A stretch of DNA of 64,000 nt from Acidimicrobiia bacterium (GTDB taxonomy: Bacteria > Actinomycetota > Acidimicrobiia > Spongiisociales > ZC4RG35), in NCBI GenBank assembly GCA_965215185.1, contig OZ244034.1:2784001-2848000 (forward strand), in the 5' to 3' direction. The notes under the pieces were generated by a model that saw only the letters and a list, made by a program, of their open reading frames with translations, was not told where the DNA came from and did no database searches. The translations under genes were made by a program, and so were the position numbers. Every line of letters begins with the position of its first letter. The first letter of the stretch is position 1. Positions 21,300 to 29,310 of the stretch are shown here, one piece after another.

Positions 21300-22657
21300 T
21301 CGGTAGGTCCTCTTTTGGCGTATTGGTGGCTTTGGTGCTGGTCGCCTGCGGCGGGACGGGCGAACAACAGGAGACTGTCCCCCAAGGCCCGCCGGTTACA
21401 GAAGGAGCGCCCCCAGAGGAGAGCATTGAGCCGACCGAGGAGCCGCTGCCCCAAGTCCCCGAAGTGGCCGAGGTTCCTGAGGCCCCACCGTTCTTAGATC
21501 TATTGTTGGTGACCGGTCCGGATGGGGAGATAACGGTGGTCAGCCCCGATGGAACGGTTACTCGGGAGTTGCGCGTTTCTACTGGACAGAGCGGTCCGAG
21601 TCTGCAGCCTACCTGGGCGCCGACTTTCGTTGATGGCCGTCGTCTTGCGGCGTGGAGCGAACTCAACGATGACGGGGCTTTCGCGATCACTTTGGCTGAC
21701 ATTGAGAACGCTGAGATAGAGACGTACCTCTCGCCCGTAGCACCCTTCTACTACTACTGGAGTCCCGATGCCACTCTGCTGGCATTCTTGGGACAGAACG
21801 CCTTTTCCCCATTGCAGATGGGCATGGTGGACTTGCCGAGGGATGAGGTATACGCAATTGGTGACGGGCAACCGTTCTACTTCGCCTGGCGATCTGACTC
21901 GAATGCCATGGTCACTCACATAGGCGATGCCATGTCCTTGCTCGCCCGCACTGACGGCGGTTGGTCGTCGGACACGCTCTCTCTTGTACCAGGGCTCTTT
22001 CAAACCCCGGCCTGGCTCCCCGACGACCAAATCATCATCACTTCCCCGGTTTCACAGGGGGAGGTCGAAGTGGGTTTGTCAGGAACGCCCAGTGCTCAGG
22101 GCGACCGGTCCGGGCACCGTCTGATCGTAAGTGACTTGGAAGGTAGGTCTATCAGGACCTTGGCCGAACTGGAAGGGCCGGTTAGATTCCAGGCGGATCC
22201 GTTGGGAGAACGGGTGGCGTTCACAGCCTCTGAAGGTCCTCTGCGGGTGATGGATCTCGCCGACGGCGCCGACGTGGCCGTTTCCGAGGGCAAGGTGGCG
22301 GCCTTCCAGTGGAGCCCTGAAGGAGGCAGGCTCCTTTTCATGGAGGTGGACAGCCAGGCGAAGGCGTTGGCGCCCAAGGTTTGGGATGGCCGCGAAACTC
22401 TGGTATTCCCCTCCTTTTACCCAACTCGCGTCTTCCTTCTTCAATATCTGCCGTTTTGGGACCAGTACTCCCACAGCCTTACCTTATGGTCCCCGACCGG
22501 GGAGGCGTTCACATATCCGTCAGTCTCCCCGGGCAGCGGTGAGGGCCGGATCATGGTGCAGCGTCTCGACGATCCCGGGCCTTTGGAGGTGAGCAAAGGA
22601 GTGTTTGCCAGTTGGTCTCCCACTCCGTCGGACCTTTTGGTCACCCCCGATCCATAA
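21296..22657 (+). CDS. Lipoprotein with TolB-like beta-propeller repeats
   Basis: Lipobox LVACG, Pro/Glu-rich linker, repeated WSPD/WSPE/WAP motifs. Confidence 0.7.
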   Translation: MIGRSSFGVLVALVLVACGGTGEQQETVPQGPPVTEGAPPEESIEPTEEPLPQVPEVAEVPEAPPFLDLLLVTGPDGEITVVSPDGTVTRELRVSTGQSGPSLQPTWAPTFVDGRRLAAWSELNDDGAFAITLADIENAEIETYLSPVAPFYYYWSPDATLLAFLGQNAFSPLQMGMVDLPRDEVYAIGDGQPFYFAWRSDSNAMVTHIGDAMSLLARTDGGWSSDTLSLVPGLFQTPAWLPDDQIIITSPVSQGEVEVGLSGTPSAQGDRSGHRLIVSDLEGRSIRTLAELEGPVRFQADPLGERVAFTASEGPLRVMDLADGADVAVSEGKVAAFQWSPEGGRLLFMEVDSQAKALAPKVWDGRETLVFPSFYPTRVFLLQYLPFWDQYSHSLTLWSPTGEAFTYPSVSPGSGEGRIMVQRLDDPGPLEVSKGVFASWSPTPSDLLVTPDP

Positions 22658-22677
22658 AACGGCCCGTACGACGGGCC
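22655..22677 (-). terminator. Possible intrinsic terminator hairpin
   Basis: GGCCCGT-acg-ACGGGCC stem at 22661-22677, followed on the minus strand by GTTTTA; lies between convergent genes. Confidence 0.35.
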
Positions 22678-22963
22678 CCACCTCCGCCCAGCCGGTTGGG
22701 AACAAAGTGCGGCCAAGCTGACGCTCAGCCGGCCGGTCACCTCGTGTGAGAGAAGCCGGTGAACGGCGTTGAAAGAGACGTTATCCCGATGGTGCCTTTT
22801 CGGAACATGAACGCTGTGGTTGATTCCGCTCCGGTGGAACCTGCCGGAGCGGTCTTGTCGATTTGATCAGTGTGAAGTGGGCCCGTGACATTTGCGGGTA
22901 GGTTGTTCAAAACACGAGGCTTCCGTTGGAAGAGTTCTTGTTCGGATCTGTGGGTCCGTTGGT

Positions 22964-23326
22964 TTAGTCCCAGCCGAGCTGATGGAGGCGCTTTTCAGAG
23001 AAACCCAGGTAGTGGCCTAGTTCGTGCAGGAGGGTGCGGCGGATCTCCTTTTCGGTCTCGGAGCGAGAAAGCCCCAACTCGAGATGGGCCAGACGATATA
23101 CGCGAATCTCGTCGGGGAGGACTCCCCAATAATCGGCCGCTCGATCCGGCAGCGACACCCCCACATATTCACCCAACAGCATTTCCCGGTCCTCGCCCTG
23201 GCACTCCTCAAGCGGTGGCGAATCCATCGCCACCACCAACACATTGTCCATTATGGAGGTGATCCATTCGGGTAGCTCGGTAAGGGTCCGGCCTATCACT
23301 TCCTCGAATTCTTCGGTGCGCATCAT
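22964..23326 (-). CDS. Zincin-like metallopeptidase family protein
   Basis: LLGEYVGV, LPDEIRVYR, TLLHELGHYLG (HExxH). Confidence 0.88.
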   Translation of the reverse strand: MMRTEEFEEVIGRTLTELPEWITSIMDNVLVVAMDSPPLEECQGEDREMLLGEYVGVSLPDRAADYWGVLPDEIRVYRLAHLELGLSRSETEKEIRRTLLHELGHYLGFSEKRLHQLGWD

Positions 23327-23727
23327 CCTCCGTGCAGAGCCAGCACGGCCTCTATTTCCACCACAGCTCGTGGGTCGGCCAGTCCGCCGATTACCAAGAG
23401 AGTGCTAGCCGGATAATCGCCATGTGGATACCAGTCTGAAAAGACGCGGTCTCGCCCGCGGTAGAAACCCTCCTGGGCTCCCTCGGTCACATAGGTGCGA
23501 AGGCAGGCGATGTCAGAAGGTGAAGCTCCCACCGAGCCCATCAGCACGGCGAGATTGGCGAAGGCGTCACAGGTTTGGGAACCGGGGTCCTCGGCCATCG
23601 TTGCGTCCTGGCGACGCCCGGTTTGGCCCGACAGCCAGGCCAGGGAGGCGCCGGCCTTCGCCAGGGAGACCAGCGAATAGCGGCCGGTGGGGTGGCTTAC
23701 ACCCGGCGGATTGCTTCTTGACAACAT
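23323..23727 (-). CDS. RidA/YjgF/UK114 family protein
   Basis: GRYS, LSGQTG, YPASTLLVIGGLADP, VEIEAV; ATGA overlap with the zincin gene. Confidence 0.88.
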   Translation of the reverse strand: MLSRSNPPGVSHPTGRYSLVSLAKAGASLAWLSGQTGRRQDATMAEDPGSQTCDAFANLAVLMGSVGASPSDIACLRTYVTEGAQEGFYRGRDRVFSDWYPHGDYPASTLLVIGGLADPRAVVEIEAVLALHGG

Positions 23728-23777
23728 GACGGCGTTGGCCGGAATCTACCAGAAAAGCCCATCTTTCCGATCTACTA

Positions 23778-23793
23778 AGATTGGATCCAATCT
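23778..23793. promoter_or_regulatory. Perfect 16-bp palindrome, candidate GntR-family operator
   Basis: AGATTGGATCCAATCT in the 98-bp divergent gap between the rid gene and the cupin gene. Confidence 0.65.
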
Positions 23794-23825
23794 GAAATAG
23801 ACTCCGAGAAGAGGTTCCCAGAACG

Positions 23826-24854
23826 ATGACGACCCGCACTCGAACTGCCACCAGTCACTATGAGGTACAGAAGAAACGCCGCTCTGACGAGTTGGAGCAT
23901 CGCCTGCATGTGGTGCGGGGGTCGGAAGTGGTTATGCACCAGACTCCCCGGGGAATCGACCGCGGGGTGTTGGTGGGGGCCGATGGTGACCGACCCAGCC
24001 TGGTGCTCGACGCTCACCGTCACGGAATTGAGCCGGGTGCGGTTTCAACGATCCATCGTCACTCGTGGGATGCCATCATGTTTGTCACCTCCGGCCGGGG
24101 ATGGACCGAAGTCAATGGCCGTAGATACGACTGGCGAGCATGGGATACGGTGTTTCTCCCGGCCTGGGCTTGGCATCGTCACGGAAACGAGAGCGATTCA
24201 CCGGCCACCTATGTCACTTTCGGCTCCGAGCCCTTGGCCGAATTGGTGGGGATGGCCATCATCGAGGAGGGCGGAGATGTTTCCTTCGACGAGCTTCCCC
24301 CGCCCCCGGCGGTAGCTTCCCCCGGGATGGGCTCGGACCCCTACACCCGACGGATTCAGCGTTTGGCCCATCGCCAGCAGGCCTTTTCGGAGACTCGCAT
24401 CATTACCGCCTTCGATGACATCAACTTCCGGGTGACTCCCCGCGGTGCCCGCAGCGGCTTTCTGATTGACCGGAGCATCGGGTACCGCACCGGCGGATTG
24501 ACCGCGGTGATGCATCAATTGGCTCCCGGTCTTTACCAGTCCCGGCACCGTCACGGAGGAGAAGCCTGGCTGTACTGCACGACGGGTCAGGGTTACAGCG
24601 TAATCGACGGGGAACGCTACGACTGGGGCCCGGGGGACATGGCGGTAGTGGACCATTGGGCCTGGCATCAGCATTTCAACGCCTCCGATTCGGAGATTGC
24701 AGCCATTATCCGGGTACATAATGTCGACAGTCTCTACATGGGGATGCGGGCTCTGCTCGATCCCCTGCCGCTTTTTGAGGAACCCGAGAAGCTGGACTCC
24801 CCCGACCTGAGCGGAATGGAGTGGCCCCCTCCCGACGCGGGCAGACCCGAGTGA
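23826..24854 (+). CDS. Bicupin (gentisate 1,2-dioxygenase-like cupin domains)
   Basis: Two cupin repeats: HRHSWDA..GRGWT..PAWAWHRHGN and HRHGGEA..GQGYS..HWAWHQHFN. Confidence 0.85.
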   Translation: MTTRTRTATSHYEVQKKRRSDELEHRLHVVRGSEVVMHQTPRGIDRGVLVGADGDRPSLVLDAHRHGIEPGAVSTIHRHSWDAIMFVTSGRGWTEVNGRRYDWRAWDTVFLPAWAWHRHGNESDSPATYVTFGSEPLAELVGMAIIEEGGDVSFDELPPPPAVASPGMGSDPYTRRIQRLAHRQQAFSETRIITAFDDINFRVTPRGARSGFLIDRSIGYRTGGLTAVMHQLAPGLYQSRHRHGGEAWLYCTTGQGYSVIDGERYDWGPGDMAVVDHWAWHQHFNASDSEIAAIIRVHNVDSLYMGMRALLDPLPLFEEPEKLDSPDLSGMEWPPPDAGRPE

Positions 24855-25756
24855 ACAGCCGCGGCGTCGCCCGGCAGGAAAACATCCGCCAGGATCGCTA
24901 CGGGTTTCTGCGGTGGAGGGTCCTCCCACAGCCGGGCTGGGAGCAGTGGTGGGATCGCATCGTGGTTCCCGAGGGGATCAAACAACGGCTGGATGATTAT
25001 TCTCGCCAGTCGATCCTCTTGCGGGCAAAATTCACGCAGGTAGGGATGCCACTGCATGGACTGGTTCTTCTGTATGGGCCGCCTGGAACCGGCAAGACTT
25101 CGCTGGCCAAGGGTTTGGCGAACCGTTTGGGGCAGCATTTCGGTGAGATCATCTTCGCGGAGGTGGACGCCCACGCCATGCCTTCGCAGATGTTGGGCGA
25201 AAGCCAGCGCAACGTGGCCAATCTGCTGGAAAAATCCATCCCCGAACTGGCTGCCAAGGAGATGCCGGTGGTGGTGCTGATCGACGAAGTCACCTCAATG
25301 GCGGTCAACCGGCAGATGGCAATGGGCGGTACCGACCCGGTGGACGTTATCCGCGCCACCGACGCCGCTCTCCAGGGGTTGGACCGATTGGCCTACGATC
25401 ATCCCAATGTCCTGTTGATTGCCACCTCCAATTTAGAGGGCGCTATCGACGAGGCGGTGATGAGCAGGACCGATCTGGTAGTGGAGGTACCGGTTCCCGA
25501 CCTGCAGGCCCGTACCGAGATCCTCGCTGACAGTCTCTCCGAACTTGGCTCGGTGCTCAACTCTCAGTTCTCGGGTGTGAATGTAAATCGGAGTGAACTC
25601 CATGAATTCGCAGCCGAGTTAAATGGGCTGTCCGGTCGTCGAATACGCAAACTGGTCTTTGAGGCGGTGTTGGCAGTGCAGTCCCATGAGGGTGCTCTGG
25701 GTGTTGGTCATCTCCGGTTGGCGGCCGCCCGTTCCACTTCCCTGGTGAGGATGTAA
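24851..25756 (+). CDS. AAA+ ATPase of the TRIP13/Pch2 (bacterial Cap6) type
   Basis: W..IVV...IKQRL, PLHGLVLLYGPPGTGKTSLAKGLA, VVLIDEV, DPVDVIRATDA, LIATSN, SRTD Arg finger, GLSGRRIRK; GTGA overlap with the cupin stop. Confidence 0.85.
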   Translation: MNSRGVARQENIRQDRYGFLRWRVLPQPGWEQWWDRIVVPEGIKQRLDDYSRQSILLRAKFTQVGMPLHGLVLLYGPPGTGKTSLAKGLANRLGQHFGEIIFAEVDAHAMPSQMLGESQRNVANLLEKSIPELAAKEMPVVVLIDEVTSMAVNRQMAMGGTDPVDVIRATDAALQGLDRLAYDHPNVLLIATSNLEGAIDEAVMSRTDLVVEVPVPDLQARTEILADSLSELGSVLNSQFSGVNVNRSELHEFAAELNGLSGRRIRKLVFEAVLAVQSHEGALGVGHLRLAAARSTSLVRM

Positions 25757-27048
25757 TGACAGCGCTGGTTACCGAGATACTCAGCCGTATAGACGAGTCG
25801 CGAGAAGATCTGGCCGAATTGGCCCTTCGTTTGGGCAACACTTACGGCCCATTGGGTAATGAAGAACCAACCGCGCGGGCGGCGCATGAGTGGTATCTGG
25901 AAAACAGGATGGAAAGCCACTTGGTTCCCATGATCGAAGGCAGGGCTAGCACTGTGGGAAGGGTGCGGGGGTCGGGTGGGGGAAAGTCGCTGATATACAA
26001 CGCCCATCTCGACACCGAGGCGTCTGGACCTGACTACGACCTGTTGATGGCGGTGCCAGATCCCAACCGGGTGGGTGCTCGACGAGAAGGCGACAAAATC
26101 TTTGGGCACACTGTTCAAAATGACCGAGGGTGCATGTCCGTTCAGATGATTGCCGGACGGGCGCTGCAGGATGCTGGTGCTCCCTTGCGGGGTGATCTTC
26201 TGCTCAAGTCGGCTGCGGGAGAGACCGGATCGTCACCAGTGGACGAATACCAGGGAGCCCGTTACGAGTCGAAGGGATTCGGCACCAACTGGCTGCTGGA
26301 GCATGGGTACGGTGCCGATTACGCAGTGATCGCCGAGACCACTGACTTTTCCGCATCCTGGGTGCAGTGCGGCGCCGCCTATTTCAAGATAACCGTCCGG
26401 GGCCGGAATATGTACACCCCTCGCTTGGAGCGGCCATCGAAGCTCTCCGAGCATCCCAACGCCATCGTGCGAGCGGGCGTTCTGATCGGGGCCCTGGAGC
26501 AGTGGGCGGTCGAATATGAAGCATCGCGGGCTATCGAGACCCCTTGCGGCACCATGCGACCCAAGTCGCAGATAGGAGCGATGAGAGGCGGAATACCGTG
26601 GCGGCCCAACCGGTCCTCGACCTATGCGGCCCTATATATGGATGTGCGTACCCGACCGGGGGACCTTATCACGGAGATCACCGCCTCTCTACAGCAGGCG
26701 ATAGCCGACACCGGCTTGGATGCTGAATTGCGACTGATAATGTTCAAACCCGGTTATGCCGCCTCCTCCGAGAAGATCAGGCCCCTATTGGGCGCCATCG
26801 GCGACGCTCATCGCCATGTCCGGGGAGAGGAGATGCCGGAGCGGGCCGAATCGGCGGTGGTCTCGATGTGGCGGGACACCAATGTGTACAACCGGGTCGG
26901 CATCCCTGCCCTCACCTTCGGTCCGAGCCGGGGCCGGGCGGCGGTGCAGGGGACCGGTTACATGCATTTGGACAACATGTTGGAGGGGGCCAAGATCTAC
27001 GCTCTCACTGCCCTATCCATCTGCGCCGCGGTGTCGCCCTCCTCGTGA
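25756..27048 (+). CDS. M20/M25/M40 family metallo-amidohydrolase (ArgE-like)
   Basis: GGKSLIYNAHLDT, QNDRG, AGETG, DYAVIAET, ITVRG, D.RT.PG, GIPALTFGP; TAATG overlap with the AAA stop. Confidence 0.85.
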   Translation: MTALVTEILSRIDESREDLAELALRLGNTYGPLGNEEPTARAAHEWYLENRMESHLVPMIEGRASTVGRVRGSGGGKSLIYNAHLDTEASGPDYDLLMAVPDPNRVGARREGDKIFGHTVQNDRGCMSVQMIAGRALQDAGAPLRGDLLLKSAAGETGSSPVDEYQGARYESKGFGTNWLLEHGYGADYAVIAETTDFSASWVQCGAAYFKITVRGRNMYTPRLERPSKLSEHPNAIVRAGVLIGALEQWAVEYEASRAIETPCGTMRPKSQIGAMRGGIPWRPNRSSTYAALYMDVRTRPGDLITEITASLQQAIADTGLDAELRLIMFKPGYAASSEKIRPLLGAIGDAHRHVRGEEMPERAESAVVSMWRDTNVYNRVGIPALTFGPSRGRAAVQGTGYMHLDNMLEGAKIYALTALSICAAVSPSS

Positions 27049-28235
27049 CGCTACCCCGTCCGGTTGGATCACTTCTTCGGTACGAGTGGATGGCGCATCT
27101 GGGGGGAATGGCGGTAATAACCGGCGTTCAACTGATCTCTCCCGCCCTCCCGGCCCTAGCCGAACGCTTCGCCCTGTCGGAGTCGGAAGTCTCTTTGGTG
27201 ATCAGCGTCTATCTGATCCCAGCAACCTTGGCTTCGGTGCCGGCGGGGTTTTTGGCTGACCGGTTCGGAAGACGGTGGGTGTTCGGGACGGGCCTGTGTC
27301 TGTTCGGTGTGGCGGGGGTGCTCCTGCCTGTGGTGGCGCAAGAGTCCTACGGGGCTCTACTGGTGATCAGGTTCGTGCAGGGATTGGGATTCGCTCCTGC
27401 TTTTCCTCTCACCATCACCATTCTGGGTGATCTCTACAAGGGTCCGAAATTGGTGGGCGCACTAGGGCGGCGGTCGGTATTGATGTCGGTGGCAGACGGC
27501 GGATACCCCATCCTGGGAGGGATCTTGGTGGGGCTTTCGTGGTTGGCGCCTTGGTATCTGCAGGCCGTGGCTCTTCCGATCGGATTGATGGTGCTGTTCA
27601 GTTTTCGGGATTGGGTGCCGCTGGGCACTCAGGGTGGCATGGGCGGTTTGCGCTGGTTGTGGCGCTCGGTGCACTCCAAAGGCATCCTGTCTCTCCACTA
27701 TGTGAGTTTTCTCCGATTCTTCGCCAAATTCGCTTTGCTCTCGTACCTTCCGCTTCTGCTGGTGATATCCCGGGGCTTGACAGCCGCCCAAGCCGGTTTG
27801 ATATTGGGCACGGCCGCCTTGTCTGGGACCTTGGGAGCGGCCATGAGCGGATGGTTGGCCCGCATTGGCCCCGCATCTCGGTGGGTCATTGCGGGAATGG
27901 TCATGCAGGGTTTGGGATTGGTGATAATGGTTTTTGTGGCCCAGATCTGGATGCTGATGACGGTGGCAGTGTTTTACGGGCTGGCCGACGGCGTCCTCGG
28001 GACGTTTGTCAACGCTTATCTGGCGTCGGCGACCGACCCCGAGCACCGGGCCAGTCTGGTAGCCGCCAATGGCGCCATAAAGAATTTCGGAAAGCTCTTG
28101 GCGCCCCTCCTGTTAGGGGTGCTGGTGCTGGTGGTGCCGCTCTCGGTGGGGTTCACCGCAGTGGCGGCTGTGTTGGTGATCTCGGCGCCTGCCGCGGCGC
28201 CGTTGCGGGCCTACGATTCCCGGATTTCAAGATAG
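27045..28235 (+). CDS. MFS transporter
   Basis: About 12 TM segments, GFLADRFGRR motif A, RFVQGLG; GTGA overlap with the M20 stop. Confidence 0.9.
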   Translation: MTLPRPVGSLLRYEWMAHLGGMAVITGVQLISPALPALAERFALSESEVSLVISVYLIPATLASVPAGFLADRFGRRWVFGTGLCLFGVAGVLLPVVAQESYGALLVIRFVQGLGFAPAFPLTITILGDLYKGPKLVGALGRRSVLMSVADGGYPILGGILVGLSWLAPWYLQAVALPIGLMVLFSFRDWVPLGTQGGMGGLRWLWRSVHSKGILSLHYVSFLRFFAKFALLSYLPLLLVISRGLTAAQAGLILGTAALSGTLGAAMSGWLARIGPASRWVIAGMVMQGLGLVIMVFVAQIWMLMTVAVFYGLADGVLGTFVNAYLASATDPEHRASLVAANGAIKNFGKLLAPLLLGVLVLVVPLSVGFTAVAAVLVISAPAAAPLRAYDSRISR

Positions 28236-28263
28236 GAGGCCGGATTTCTACCCTGGCCTGCGT

Positions 28264-28292
28264 AGATAGGATACAATAGCCAATTTGATCCA
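28264..28292. promoter_or_regulatory. Degenerate copy of the 23778 palindrome (candidate second operator)
   Basis: AGATAGGATACAATAG matches AGATTGGATCCAATCT at 12/16 positions; followed by ATTTGATCCA. Confidence 0.45.
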
Positions 28293-28355
28293 GCCTTGGG
28301 CTTCGGCCTAATAGTTTGACAGAGAAAATAAGCAAACAAGTGAAGGAGATTCAAA

Positions 28356-28433
28356 GTGCGACAAAGATCTTGGTTATCGGCCTTGGCCGTGCTCATGGCC
28401 TTCGCGTTGGTGGCGGCTGCCTGCGGCAGGTGA
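28356..28433 (+). pseudogene. Truncated lipoprotein gene (signal peptide only)
   Basis: GAAGGAG RBS, GTG, then (M)RQRSWLSALAVLMAFALVAAAC-G-R-stop; lipobox intact with no mature domain. Confidence 0.75.
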
Positions 28434-28618
28434 CAATCGTTGCCGAGAGAGGTGACGGAGTGGGGTCGTACGGCGCCAAAGGCAGGGGAGAGGGAACTCT
28501 CAACCCGATTGGAGGAGCCACTGCTGCGGCTGTGGCCCGGGCGATAGGCCGTTGGCCCGATAGATTGCCGCTCACCCCCGAGCGGGTGTGGCGCCTGATG
28601 AGAAATGGTGACAGCTAA
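28427..28618 (+). pseudogene. C-terminal remnant of a xanthine dehydrogenase family molybdopterin-binding subunit
   Basis: GDGVGSYGAKGRGEG..NP...A.AAAVARAIG....LPLTPERVW matches the XdhB/CoxL C-terminal signature; TAATG overlap with gntR. Confidence 0.8.
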
Positions 28619-29310
28619 TGGATTTAAGCCGTTTGGAGCCGTGGCTAACAGAGGCGCGCCAACGTTTTCGCACAGCCGAGGATATGGTCACCGGGGTTCT
28701 CAGGGAAGCGATCATCACTGGCGTGCTCAGCCCCGGTGAGCGTCTTCCTCAAGATCAACTCGCCGAATTGTTGATGGTGAGCCGTATGCCGATCAGAGCG
28801 GCGCTGCGTCAGTTGGACTCCGAGGGCTTGGTGGTCAACATCCCCCATCGGGGCGCCACAGTGCGGGAGTTATCGCCCACCGAGTTACGGGAGTTGTACG
28901 AACTGAGAGTGGTGGTGGAGTGCTTTGCCGTCCGACGCTCGGTGGTGGCCGCCTTCCCCTCCGACCTGCTCGAATTGGCGGAGTTGGCCGAAAGCTGTGA
29001 GAGCGCCGAGGAGGGGGAGGAGTGGATTCAGCAAAGATGCGCCTTCTACCGCCGCCTGTACGCCATCGGGAACGGCGTCAGGGTGGTGGACACGATCATG
29101 ACCCTTCGAGCGGAAGTCAGCCGTTATCTGCTGGAAAAGAGATTCTGTCCGGGGTGGCATCGTGAACTACTGGAGAATCTGGCCACGGCGGATACGGAGG
29201 GAGCCGCCCGGTTCTTGGAAGACCACCTGATGGAGGTCCTGGAGTCCATGGAAGAAGAGATATCGGTGGCGGACCGCTGGAACAAGGCGATTGACGGGAC
29301 CAAGAAATGA
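28618..29310 (+). CDS. GntR family transcriptional regulator (FCD domain)
   Basis: LREAIITG.L.PGERL, VSRMPIRAALRQL..EGLV, PHRGATV, ELYELR. Confidence 0.93.
   Translation: MDLSRLEPWLTEARQRFRTAEDMVTGVLREAIITGVLSPGERLPQDQLAELLMVSRMPIRAALRQLDSEGLVVNIPHRGATVRELSPTELRELYELRVVVECFAVRRSVVAAFPSDLLELAELAESCESAEEGEEWIQQRCAFYRRLYAIGNGVRVVDTIMTLRAEVSRYLLEKRFCPGWHRELLENLATADTEGAARFLEDHLMEVLESMEEEISVADRWNKAIDGTKK

Noticed and set aside
23826-28235. Calling the locus a CBASS anti-phage system because of the Cap6-like ATPase
   Set aside because: No CD-NTase (GS..DxD), HORMA or effector ORF is recognisable; all neighbours are metabolic.
28316-28618. The 100 aa ORF in the track as a real protein
   Set aside because: Its first half is an off-frame reading of the lipoprotein signal sequence; only the last ~63 codons resemble XDH.
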